From a bacterium (GTDB taxonomy: Bacteria; Krumholzibacteriota; Krumholzibacteriia; G020349025), in assembly GCA_031362565.1 (NCBI GenBank), contig JANLSU010000117.1, forward strand, positions 1-30,968: a DNA stretch of 30,968 nt, read 5' to 3'. Positions 1 to 8,585 of this stretch are shown here, piece by piece (positions within the stretch are counted from its first letter, which is position 1; the number at the start of each line of letters is the position of its first letter). The notes below the pieces were generated by a model. That model had not been told where the DNA came from. It saw nothing but the letters and a program-made list of their open reading frames with translations, and did no database searches. The position numbers and the translations under genes were made by a program.

Positions 1-16
1 CGAGGAGGCGAGAACA

Positions 17-517
17 ATGTTCCGGAAAGCATTCACGACTCTAGCGTTCGCGATGGTGGTTGGCTCGGCAGCTTGCAACAACTCGATCGTGGGTCCGAAG
101 GACATCACGAGCGTCGGCGACTCACCGGCACCGCGTACGCCCGCCGAACACGACGTCAACCGGGTTTGCATCGACGATCTGCGCGGCGTCGACCTCGTGA
201 GCCCGTCGGAAAGCCAGTTTGTACGGGTCGGCGACAACGTCGGAGTCAGTTGGGCAGCGCGCGAATTCTGCACCGGCTTCTACGTGAAGGCTCGCGTGTC
301 GTACGACGACGGTGCGACCTGGACGATGCTGCTCGACTCGAAGAACACACTCTCCACCACGTGGCGCGTCCCGAATAAGGCTCACATCCGCCCCGTGTTC
401 GAAGTCACGCTGGAAGACATGGCGTATCAGCAGTACACGACCACGCGGGCACTGGCGAACGGCATTCTCGAAGCGATTCCGACCCCCGGCCACCAGCCGC
501 CCGTGGACCACGACTGA
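17..517 (+). CDS. Putative lipoprotein, hypothetical
   Basis: GAGGAGG RBS at 2-8; signal peptide ending in lipobox-like SAAC; beta-rich mature part including 'SYDDGATW'. Confidence 0.75.
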   Translation: MFRKAFTTLAFAMVVGSAACNNSIVGPKDITSVGDSPAPRTPAEHDVNRVCIDDLRGVDLVSPSESQFVRVGDNVGVSWAAREFCTGFYVKARVSYDDGATWTMLLDSKNTLSTTWRVPNKAHIRPVFEVTLEDMAYQQYTTTRALANGILEAIPTPGHQPPVDHD

Positions 518-581
518 ACGACCGCACTCCACATCGAAAGGAGTCGCGAACTGAACGAAGAAAAAAATCGACTCGTGACAA

Positions 582-613
582 CGAAGGGCCGGTGAATCAC
601 CACCGGCCCTTCG
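582..613. terminator. Probable bidirectional intrinsic terminator between convergent lipoprotein genes
   Basis: Perfect 13-bp stem CGAAGGGCCGGTG (582-594) / CACCGGCCCTTCG (601-613) with 6-nt loop; A7 tract at 561-567 reads as a U tract on the minus strand. Confidence 0.7.
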
Positions 614-647
614 CGCATTCGGAGCGAACTGGGGAGGGCGCCCGAAC

Positions 648-1814
648 TTACTGGGGTTCCACCGGGTCGGTGCAGTGCAACGACCAGCGGCCTTCGATGA
701 AGCCATGCGCACCCGGACGGCCGCGGCGGGCGTCGCCACCGGGCGGATCCGCGGGGCGCGGTTCGTGGTTCGGGCCGTTTTCGGACCCGAGACGGCCGGG
801 CAGGAAGTGACCTTCGACGTGGCCACTCACGAGTTCGTTGTCGGTCAGAATGTCGCCCGTGAACGTGCCGCCCGCTTGCGTCGTATCCGGGTTGGCAGCG
901 TAGGTTCCGCGCGCGATGCCGAGTGCTTCGCCGCGGCGGCCGATGATCTTGCCGAACCAGACGTGCTCGCCGCTGTCATTGGTGCCGAAGTGGCCGCGGA
1001 TCGTGCCCATGGGCCGGCCGAGATCCGTCACCCACAGGCCACGAAACAGGCCGCGGTCGCCGGTGCTGTCCGATTCACTGCCGGAGCGATGCATCCACTC
1101 GCCGCGCACGAATCCACGCGTGCATTCGGTGGGGTTCGGCCGCGCCGACATGCCGGTGATCGACACGGCGTTGCCTTCGGAATCGACTGGAATCACGAGG
1201 TTGGCAGTACGAAGTTCCGTGTAGGTGAAAACGCGGTTCAGCGGCGGGGTCGCAAAAGTCAGCGAGCCCTCGGCCGCAATGCCCTCGCCGGTTGCCGGCG
1301 CTTCCGGGCGCACCACGAGCAGGAGGCCATCGACGCGCGTCGACGTATGCGACACGAAGGCGAGCGTCTGCCGGTCATGGCGCGGCAGAACCAGATGGTC
1401 GCCTTGCTCGCGTTCGAAACCGATCGGCCGCAGAACATGGAATGCACCCTGATCGATGCCGATCGAGCCGCTCCAGTCGAGCGCCGACGTCGCATTCGGA
1501 TTGCCTTCGAGCTGGCCCCAGACGACGCGGACGAGAAACGCGGTGCCGGTGCTGTCGCTCGGCATCGAGTCGGCACCGGCGGTCTGCGGTGCATCGAGCG
1601 CTTCCATCTGCTGGAGCGCCGGATCGCCAAAGGCCACCTTCTCACTCGAGAAGTTGTAACCGCCGAGTGGATCCGTGAAGTTGCTCTGCTGCTCCCAAGC
1701 GGTCGGGCTCGTCGGTGCAGCGTTCTGAGGATCGGTCGCGAGGTTGCACCCCGCGAGCAGCGCGACGGATGTACTCAGTGCGAAAATTTTGGAAAACGGG
1801 TCGACGGGTCGCAT
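648..1814 (-). CDS. Putative lipoprotein (388 aa) with C-terminal repeated Gly/aromatic beta-strand region
   Basis: ATG at 1814 preceded by AGGAAGGA; lipobox LLAGC; the ORF-track start at 1928 is probably too far upstream. Confidence 0.75.
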   Translation of the reverse strand: MRPVDPFSKIFALSTSVALLAGCNLATDPQNAAPTSPTAWEQQSNFTDPLGGYNFSSEKVAFGDPALQQMEALDAPQTAGADSMPSDSTGTAFLVRVVWGQLEGNPNATSALDWSGSIGIDQGAFHVLRPIGFEREQGDHLVLPRHDRQTLAFVSHTSTRVDGLLLVVRPEAPATGEGIAAEGSLTFATPPLNRVFTYTELRTANLVIPVDSEGNAVSITGMSARPNPTECTRGFVRGEWMHRSGSESDSTGDRGLFRGLWVTDLGRPMGTIRGHFGTNDSGEHVWFGKIIGRRGEALGIARGTYAANPDTTQAGGTFTGDILTDNELVSGHVEGHFLPGRLGSENGPNHEPRPADPPGGDARRGRPGAHGFIEGRWSLHCTDPVEPQ

Positions 1815-1903
1815 GGCGCGGTTCCTTCCTGTCCAATGGTGTCCGTAGGTTGCGGCGCCGCGGCCCGTTCGTTGGAGCTTTGCGGCACTCAGGACAGGTC
1901 CTC

Positions 1904-1919
1904 TGCAGCGTCGATGCCT
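1904..1919 (-). promoter_or_regulatory. Possible sigma54 -24/-12 promoter for the 648-1814 lipoprotein
   Basis: Minus strand AGGCATCGACGCTGCA: GG-N10-GC spacing, partial match to TGGCACG-N4-TTGC, about 90 bp upstream of the ATG. Confidence 0.3.
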
Positions 1920-2119
1920 AAAAGTCACGGCCGGCCCGCCGCCGCCGCCAACGCATTGAATTGAAACGGATTCCAGTCACGGCGCGGGTCGGCCGTCGGG
2001 GTGGGGTTGGGCCCGGCGCCTGTACCCCCCGGGACACCTGCACCGTCACGTCCGTCCCTCCGCGAGCGGACCAAGGCAATTTGCTGTCTGGAAGATCTCG
2101 ACTTCAAACCGGCGGGCGG

Positions 2120-2203
2120 GAAAAAGGCGCGGCCCGGTGGAGGGGAACAACCGGGCCGCGAGAGGCGCTGTAGCGAAAGACCTGTGGGGACGCTACAGCC
2201 GCC
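2120..2203 (-). ncRNA. Candidate small RNA: two tandem hairpins with C-rich loops and a terminal U tract
   Basis: Stems 2167-2175/2191-2199 (9 bp) and 2128-2138/2150-2160 (11 bp); minus-strand loops UCCCCACAGGUCUUU and UGUUCCCCUCC; followed by CCUUUUU; no credible CDS upstream on that strand. Confidence 0.5.
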
Positions 2204-2537
2204 GTATGTCGAAAACCCGCGGGGTCCCCAGCACGCAACCCGTCCTCGCCGCTCCGGTGGCGCACCAAAGAGCCCCGCGGGAATCTTGTGTCCGTCGTTG
2301 CGAAAGCGAGCGGCCTTGGGGGGAACGTCTCGCGTTCATCGGTTGGACGCACATGCGGGGGAAAAAGTTGCAGAAAATTGCGCCACGCGGTTCGGCGCTC
2401 CGCATCGGTACTGATTCAGCGGCGGCCGTTCGCATTTTCTGCGGCCAACATGTCACTCACACCCACCCCGCGCTCGACGCAGAGCGTCAAGTCTGGATTA
2501 GCTCCGCGCCGGCCCGCCGGGGGAGGGGTGCGGGCTG

Positions 2538-2546
2538 TGATACGCT
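2538..2546 (+). promoter_or_regulatory. Possible extended -10 promoter for the GT gene
   Basis: TG-A-TACGCT about 80 bp upstream of the CDS. Confidence 0.35.
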
Positions 2547-2624
2547 ACGGAAGTCGGGGCGGACGGGTTCCCGATCGCTTGTTCACGGGCGCCATCGAGG
2601 CCCCCTATTCACGGAGGCGATAGG

Positions 2625-3875
2625 GTGGCGGCCCGCAAGCGGATGCTTTTCCTCTGCCAGATGTTTCCGCTGCCCCTGCAGAGCGGTACGCAGATACGCA
2701 CCTTCCAATTGCTCGTGCGGATGGCGCGGCGTTTCGACATCACCTTCTTGACGCTGGCGGCCGATCCGGGCTGGGAGAAGCACATCCCGGAACTGGAGCG
2801 CCACGCGGGCCGCGTCATCACGATCGTGCCCGACAACAAACGCAGCCGCGCGCATCGCGCCTTCTACAAAGTCCTGTACTGGATCCGGCGTCTGACGATC
2901 GCCGAGTCCTCCGACCGGTTCTACAACTCGATTCCCAACGTCACCCGGGCGATTCGGCAGGAATTGGCGAGCGGCGCCTACGACGTGCTGTTCTGCGAAT
3001 ACTGGTTTTGGGACGCGCGCATCTTCGACACGCCGGCGCTCAAGGTCATCGATGCGAACGATGTACAGTCGATGCGCGTCGAACGCCTGCTGGAGCGCAC
3101 CCCGAACCATCTCGAGCGTTGGCTCAAACCGTGGCTGGTGCGGCGCTACCGGGCCATGGAGGCGGCCGGGCTGCGGCGGGCCGACGTCGTCGTCGCGACG
3201 ACGACGCGGGATTGCGGCGTCTTTGCCGCCTGGGCGCCCAATGTGCACGACGCGATCACCATTCCGACCGGGCTCGATACCGACTACTTCGTACCGCAAC
3301 CGCAAGTGCAGCCCGATCTCGACAGCATTGCCTTCTATGGCGCGCTCTCGAATCCGATGAACCGCGATGCCGTGCAGTATCTGGTGCACGATCTTTTGCC
3401 GCGCATCCGGGCCCGCCGGCCGGGCACGCGGCTGGTCATCGTCGGCGCGTTCGCCGGGCCCGAGATTCACGCCATGGCGGCGGCGGATCCGTTGATCACC
3501 GTCACGGGCTATCTCGAGGACGTACGCGCGCCGCTCGCGGCAGCCGGCGCCGTCTTGTGTCCGTTGCGATTCGGCTACGGCATTCGCGGCCGGATTTACG
3601 AACTGCTGGCAATGGGCGTTCCGGTGGTCGCAACGCCCATTGCGGTGGAAGGCATGGAGCTGCCGTCCGGCGACGGCCTACTGCTCGCCGCCGATCCGGA
3701 AGCGTTTGCCGACGCCGTGGTGCGGGTGCTCTCCGAAACGGCGCTGCGCGCCGAACTGGCGCGGCGCGGCCGCGACATCGCCGTCGAGCGCATGTCGATC
3801 GGCGCCACCTACGATCGCCTTACCGAATTCCTCGTCCGCCGGCTCGAACCCACGGCTGCGGCAACGCGTTCCTGA
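2625..3875 (+). CDS. GT4 (GT-B) glycosyltransferase, polysaccharide-associated
   Basis: N-terminal 'FPLPLQSGTQIRTF'; 'IPTGLD', 'FYGALSNPMNRDA', 'PLRFGYGIRGRIYELLAMGVPVVAT'; GGAGG before the GTG (alternative ATG at 2643). Confidence 0.9.
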   Translation: MAARKRMLFLCQMFPLPLQSGTQIRTFQLLVRMARRFDITFLTLAADPGWEKHIPELERHAGRVITIVPDNKRSRAHRAFYKVLYWIRRLTIAESSDRFYNSIPNVTRAIRQELASGAYDVLFCEYWFWDARIFDTPALKVIDANDVQSMRVERLLERTPNHLERWLKPWLVRRYRAMEAAGLRRADVVVATTTRDCGVFAAWAPNVHDAITIPTGLDTDYFVPQPQVQPDLDSIAFYGALSNPMNRDAVQYLVHDLLPRIRARRPGTRLVIVGAFAGPEIHAMAAADPLITVTGYLEDVRAPLAAAGAVLCPLRFGYGIRGRIYELLAMGVPVVATPIAVEGMELPSGDGLLLAADPEAFADAVVRVLSETALRAELARRGRDIAVERMSIGATYDRLTEFLVRRLEPTAAATRS

Positions 3876-3989
3876 CGAACGGCGCCATCACCGGCGTGGG
3901 CAAAACTCGTGGACCCGAAGGTCGAACGAGCGGCATGATCGCGGCCGCGTGTTGCCGCGGTGCGTCGGGGTGGAGGAGGGGAGACGATC

Positions 3990-4775
3990 GTGCTCGTCGT
4001 CGTGCTGGTACTGGGAATCGTCGAAGGTTTGACCGAGTTCCTGCCGGTGTCATCGACCGGACACCTCATTCTCGTCGGCCATTGGCTCGGATATCGTGGC
4101 GATCATGCGTCGATTTTCGAGGTCGTCATTCAGCTCGGTGCCATGCTCGCCGTGGTGATCGAGTACCGCGCCAAACTCTTCGCCATCGTTCTGCAGCCGG
4201 GCAAGGCGAGTTCACAACGCCTGCTGCTCAATTTAATCGTCGGTTTCCTGCCGGCAGCCGTGCTGGGTGTGCTGTTTCACGATGCGATCAAGGCCAGACT
4301 GTTCGGCCCGCGGCCGGTCGCAGTGGCGCTGATTGTGGGCGCCGTCGCGATGCTCGTCGTCGAGCGTTTGCGGCGCTCCGAACGCAGCCGTTCGCTCGAC
4401 GAGATCCGCGTTCCGCAAGCCTTGGCGATTGGCGTCGCGCAGTGCTTGGCGCTCTTCCCGGGATTCAGCCGCGCCGCCGCCACCATTCTCGGTGGTCTAG
4501 TGTTCGGGCTCGATCGCGCCACGGCCGCCGAGTACTCGTTCTTGCTCGCGATTCCGACTCTGGCCGGCGCGGCGGCGCTGGACCTCATCAAAGGCATGCA
4601 TGGCCTCGAACGCGCCGAACTGCAGTGGATGGGGCTTGGACTGGTGGTGTCGTTCGTGGCGGCGTGGATGGCCGTGCGCTGGTTCGTGCGCTACGTGAGC
4701 CACCATTCACTCGATGTGTTCGCGTGGTATCGCATCGCCTTGGGCGTCGCCGTGCTGTTCCTGGTGCGCGGCTGA
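3990..4775 (+). CDS. uppP: Undecaprenyl-diphosphate phosphatase
   Basis: Motifs 'GIVEGLTEFLPVSSTGH', 'IQLGA', 'PGFSRAAATI', 'AAEYSFLLAIP', 'FAWYRI'; GGAGGAGG at 3972-3979 supports a GTG start at 3990. Confidence 0.95.
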   Translation: MLVVVLVLGIVEGLTEFLPVSSTGHLILVGHWLGYRGDHASIFEVVIQLGAMLAVVIEYRAKLFAIVLQPGKASSQRLLLNLIVGFLPAAVLGVLFHDAIKARLFGPRPVAVALIVGAVAMLVVERLRRSERSRSLDEIRVPQALAIGVAQCLALFPGFSRAAATILGGLVFGLDRATAAEYSFLLAIPTLAGAAALDLIKGMHGLERAELQWMGLGLVVSFVAAWMAVRWFVRYVSHHSLDVFAWYRIALGVAVLFLVRG

Positions 4776-4798
4776 CGGCGCGCCGGTCGTGAAGCAAG

Positions 4799-5191
4799 TT
4801 ACGGATGCAGCGTTCTGCTCACGAGGTGCCTCAAGCGCGGATAAACTCTCGGGGATGACATGGCGCCCTCTTGGGCGCAGAGGAGCAATTCCGGCGAGAG
4901 GGGCTCGACGGGTACCAGCATGTGCTTTTCAACGTATTCGCACACCCAGTTGACGGTTCGAATTTGCCCATAACCGTATGCCACGTGGCTCTCATGCAAG
5001 ATCCGTGGATGCTTATGCGCAGGCACAACGAGTGTCCGGTCGCTGTTGGGCCGCAACGTGCTGAAAGAAAGGATGGCGATTTCGCCTGCATCGTTTGGGG
5101 CGGAAGCTACAAAGTGGACATGTCGCAGATTTGGGTCAGGAGCAAAGCAATCTCGGAATGCAAACCCCGGCACAACGTCATCTGGATTCAA
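4799..5191 (-). CDS. Putative toxin (PanT candidate), possibly PemK/MazF-like SH3 fold
   Basis: TTG start overlaps the Panacea gene end by 14 nt, with GAAGGTGG RBS; pattern 'HVHFV...IAILSFST...DRTLVV..HKHP.I.HES.V.Y' recalls PemK-like proteins; lower GC than flanks. Confidence 0.6.
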   Translation of the reverse strand: MNPDDVVPGFAFRDCFAPDPNLRHVHFVASAPNDAGEIAILSFSTLRPNSDRTLVVPAHKHPRILHESHVAYGYGQIRTVNWVCEYVEKHMLVPVEPLSPELLLCAQEGAMSSPRVYPRLRHLVSRTLHP

Positions 5192-5738
5192 TCGCCACCT
5201 TCATTGCGCGATGACCTTCCGCATCCTCAACCATTCCTCGAATGTCTGCATCGCTAAAGCCGGCATACCTTAGAATGTCCGCCGGCTCGATAGGGCAGGA
5301 GGAATTCCCAGGATCTTTGAATTCCGGCAACGTTTTGTGAAGCAAGTCTACGAGGTCCCACCGGTCGATATGGCCATACTGAGAATAGACATTGCTTAGA
5401 ATCGAGGTTTCAAACTCTGATAGATCGTCGTCCCCTGGGTCCACTTCGACCTTCAAAATGCGCCCGGGCCCAAGTTCTGCAATGGCGTTGCACCACGGAG
5501 AATCATGGTCCGGTGGAGAGCCGTAGTTCACCAGATCAAGAACGCCGCTCAGGACAGGTCCTTTCGGCATCGATACCAGGGAATCACCCGTAATCGTAAG
5601 ACCACCCTCGACTAGGGCCTGCCGATCAGCCAGGTAGAGGAGCTTCATCAGCTTGAGCAGATAATCCTGGCCGCCGGCCTTCTTGAGAAGGAATGCCGCC
5701 GCCTGGGTCGCTTTAGTTTCGTCAAAGACGAATCGCAC
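5178..5738 (-). CDS. Panacea-domain (DUF4065/SocA/GepA-like) antitoxin
   Basis: 'KATQAAAFLL...LKLMKLLYLADR...ITGD.LVSMPKGPVLS', later 'LS.FE..IL..VY.QYG' and 'LH..LPE..DP'; GGAGG RBS. Confidence 0.88.
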   Translation of the reverse strand: MRFVFDETKATQAAAFLLKKAGGQDYLLKLMKLLYLADRQALVEGGLTITGDSLVSMPKGPVLSGVLDLVNYGSPPDHDSPWCNAIAELGPGRILKVEVDPGDDDLSEFETSILSNVYSQYGHIDRWDLVDLLHKTLPEFKDPGNSSCPIEPADILRYAGFSDADIRGMVEDAEGHRAMKVAIESR

Positions 5739-5759
5739 GGTTTCGAGCCTCCAGCACGG

Positions 5760-5768
5760 AGAATAGCA
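5760..5768 (-). promoter_or_regulatory. Extended -10 promoter of the toxin-antitoxin operon
   Basis: Minus strand TG-C-TATTCT, then ccgtgct-GGAGG-9 nt-GTG start. Confidence 0.5.
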
Positions 5769-5959
5769 TTTAGCTGGCCACGTCGGAAGGACCTAGACAT
5801 CGGTTCAGTGTAATTTCTGGGCGTACTTGCCAGAAGACGAAGTCCGCCTGGTTCCTCGAACGTGGGCCGGTTTTCAAGACCGATCACCACCCGAGGCCGC
5901 GGGACTTGGCCCGCTGCGGGCCCGCGTGCTAGGGTGCCCCGACTCTCGAGGAGGCGAAG

Positions 5960-6550
5960 ATGCAGGCCGTTCGACGTGCGACTCTGGCGGACTTTGCTGG
6001 AACGACGACTTGGACTCGCGATCTCGTGCTGGTCGGGCTCGCCAGTCTGGCCACCGGCCTCTTGGCCCAGGCCGAAGTTCGTTTGCCTTTCACACCGGTG
6101 CCGGTGACCCTGCAGCCGCTCGCGGTCTTTCTCGTTGGTGCGGCGCTCGGCAGCCGGCGCGGCGCGTTGGCGATGCTGGCCTACTTGGCGGAGGGTGCCG
6201 CAGGCCTGCCGTTCTTTGCCGGTGGCGCGGCCGGACTGCACCATCTCGCCGGCCCGACCGGTGGATACTTGTTGGGATTCGTGCCGGCAGCATTCGTCAT
6301 CGGCCTTGGCGCCGAGCGCGGCTGGGATCGAACCCCGGTCCGCGCCTTCGCCGCCATGCTTCTGGGATCGGTCGTTCTCTTCGCCTGCGGCCTCGCGCAG
6401 CTCGGGTTCTTCGTCGGCCGCAGTCAAGTCCTCGCGCTTGGCCTCTATCCGTTCCTGATCGGCGACGTGCTCAAGATCGCCGTTGCCGCCACCAGCCTGC
6501 CGCTCGTTTGGAAGTTGCTCGAGCGCAGCGGTCTCACGCCGCGCGAGTAA
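5960..6550 (+). CDS. bioY: Biotin transporter BioY (ECF S component)
   Basis: 'LPFTPVPVTLQ', 'LG.RRG....LAYLAEGAAGLPFF', 'GPTGGYLLGF', 'PFLIGDVLK'; GAGGAGG RBS. Confidence 0.95.
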   Translation: MQAVRRATLADFAGTTTWTRDLVLVGLASLATGLLAQAEVRLPFTPVPVTLQPLAVFLVGAALGSRRGALAMLAYLAEGAAGLPFFAGGAAGLHHLAGPTGGYLLGFVPAAFVIGLGAERGWDRTPVRAFAAMLLGSVVLFACGLAQLGFFVGRSQVLALGLYPFLIGDVLKIAVAATSLPLVWKLLERSGLTPRE

Positions 6551-6557
6551 TTTTCGG

Positions 6558-8423
6558 CTACGGCTTCCAGCGCCGCCACCACAGGCGGAACACCAGCAAT
6601 GGATACAGGTGGGCGCTCCAGTCGTGGGCGCCGGCCATGTGTTCGCGCAGCATGCGTTCCACGAAGGCACGGTCGAAGAATTGCTCGCCGCCGTCATCGC
6701 GCGCCAGAATTTCATCGTGCAACATGTCGCGCAGCTCGTGCATGAACCACTTCTCGATCGGCACGCCGAAACCCTGCTTCTTGCGGTAGACGATCTCGTG
6801 CGGCACGAACGATTCCACCGTCCGCTTCAAGATGTACTTCGACACGCCATTGCGGCGTTTGAACTCGGACGGAATGCGGGCCACGAATTCGAGCAGCGGG
6901 TGGTCCACGAGCGGCGCGCGGACTTCCAGCGAACAGGCCATGCTGGCGCGATCCACCTTCACCAGGATGTCGCTCGTCATGTACGACTTGGTGTCGGCAT
7001 ACAGCACGCGCGACAGGAAATCCGGGAACGGCTGGGAATCCATATAGGCCGCGAAAACCCGCTCGACGTTGGCGCCCGCCAGGTGCCGGCGGGTTTCGGG
7101 CGCAAACAACCGCTGGCGCTGTTCGGCGTCGAAAATCTTGTAGAAACGGCCGGCGAGCGGCCGGTTCGCACGCCGCACGGCGCCGGCGACGCGCGTCAGC
7201 TTGCGGTGTCCGGTGAGGCGCGCCGCGGCGCCGAGACCGGCCGCCGCCAGTGACCGCACCGGGTGCGGCACCCGGCGGTGGAATCGTTCGTCACGCTCGT
7301 GCACGGCGTGCGAGTCGTACCCCGCGAACGCTTCATCGCCGCCATCGCCGGACAGCACGACCGTCACGTGCCGGCGCGCCATCTGCGACACCATGAAAGT
7401 GGGCAGCGCCGACGGGTCGCCGAAGGGCTCGTCGAAGTGGTACACCAGCTTGGCGAGCAGTTCGGCGGCGTTGGGCCGCAGGATTTCTTCGTGATGATCG
7501 GTGTGGAACGTCTTCGCCGCCAAGCGCGCGAAGTGCAGTTCGTCATGGCTTTCTTCCTCGAAACCAATCGAAAACGTCTTGACCGGCTCGTCGATGAGCT
7601 GGCTCATGAGCCCGACGACGGTCGCGGAATCGACGCCGCCGCTCAAGAAGGCGCCGAGCGGCACGTCGCTCACCAGGCGGCAACGCACCGCATCGGTCAG
7701 CAGCTCACGCAAGTTCTCGATATAGAAGCGTTCGTCGGTTTCGCGGAACGGTTCATCGAAGCGCAGGTCCCAATACGGACGCACGTCGACCCTGCCACGT
7801 TCGAGCTTCAAGAAATGCCCGGCCGGCAGCTTGCGAATTTCACGGAAGATGCACAGTGGATCGGGGATGTACAAATACCCGAAATAGTGTTCGAGCGCCT
7901 CCCAGTCGAGCGACAACTGGAGCCCTGGGACCTGTCGCAGGGCCTTGATCTCGGACCCGAAGGCGAGGTTCTTGCCGTCCCAAGCGTAATACAGCGGTTT
8001 CTTGCCGACCCGGTCCCGGCCCAAAAGCAGGATGTCGCGCTTGCGATCCCAGAGCGCGATGGCGAACATGCCGCGCAAACGCTCGAACATCGCGTCGCCG
8101 GCCTCTTCGTAGAGGTGGACCAGCACTTCGGTGTCCGTATGGGTCGTGAAGCGATGCCCCTTCGCCTCGAGTTCAGCCCGGATGGCGCGGAAGTTGTAGA
8201 TTTCACCGTTCTGAACGACCCACACCGATTCGTCCTCGTTGTGGATCGGCATGCGGCCGCTCGTCAAGTCGATGATGGCGAGACGCCGCGAGGCGAGCCC
8301 GACGCGCTCGTCGGTGTAGAATCCTTCGTCGTCGGGGCCCCGGTGCACGATGGTATCGTTCATGCGCTGGAGCACGCCGCGGTCGATGCTCCCCGGTGCA
8401 TACAGGCCGCAAATACCGCACAT
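6558..8423 (-). CDS. asnB: Asparagine synthase (glutamine-hydrolysing) family amidotransferase, probably glycan-amidating
   Basis: True start MCGICG (Ntn Cys) at 8423; 'HRGPD', 'RRLAIID', 'NGEIYN', 'LSGGVDS', 'VLSGDGGDE', 'KVDRASMACSLEVRAP', 'RKKQGF'. Confidence 0.93.
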   Translation of the reverse strand: MCGICGLYAPGSIDRGVLQRMNDTIVHRGPDDEGFYTDERVGLASRRLAIIDLTSGRMPIHNEDESVWVVQNGEIYNFRAIRAELEAKGHRFTTHTDTEVLVHLYEEAGDAMFERLRGMFAIALWDRKRDILLLGRDRVGKKPLYYAWDGKNLAFGSEIKALRQVPGLQLSLDWEALEHYFGYLYIPDPLCIFREIRKLPAGHFLKLERGRVDVRPYWDLRFDEPFRETDERFYIENLRELLTDAVRCRLVSDVPLGAFLSGGVDSATVVGLMSQLIDEPVKTFSIGFEEESHDELHFARLAAKTFHTDHHEEILRPNAAELLAKLVYHFDEPFGDPSALPTFMVSQMARRHVTVVLSGDGGDEAFAGYDSHAVHERDERFHRRVPHPVRSLAAAGLGAAARLTGHRKLTRVAGAVRRANRPLAGRFYKIFDAEQRQRLFAPETRRHLAGANVERVFAAYMDSQPFPDFLSRVLYADTKSYMTSDILVKVDRASMACSLEVRAPLVDHPLLEFVARIPSEFKRRNGVSKYILKRTVESFVPHEIVYRKKQGFGVPIEKWFMHELRDMLHDEILARDDGGEQFFDRAFVERMLREHMAGAHDWSAHLYPLLVFRLWWRRWKP

Positions 8424-8585
8424 GTCGTCCGAGGCTCCAGGGTGAGGGGCGGGGCTTGGCCGGTGCCGATCGTATCGGACCACCGGCGCGGCCCACAAGG
8501 GCGCGCTTGACCCACGCCGCGCGCTGCGGCGATGCTCGGCGTGCGTCGTTCGGGTGAATGCCTTCGACAGGTGAGCGGAGAAACC

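Noticed and set aside
1925..2623. Short ORFs in the divergent intergenic region
   Set aside because: No RBS, codon bias or motifs; they overlap structured non-coding elements.
4789..5347. Repeat GTGAAGCAAGT at 4789 and 5337 as att or target duplication for the toxin-antitoxin islet
   Set aside because: Only 11 bp, and the second copy is inside the antitoxin gene rather than at the islet boundary.
5960..6550. bioY lacking ECF A/T partner genes
   Set aside because: Solitary BioY and shared ECF modules are well known, so not unusual.
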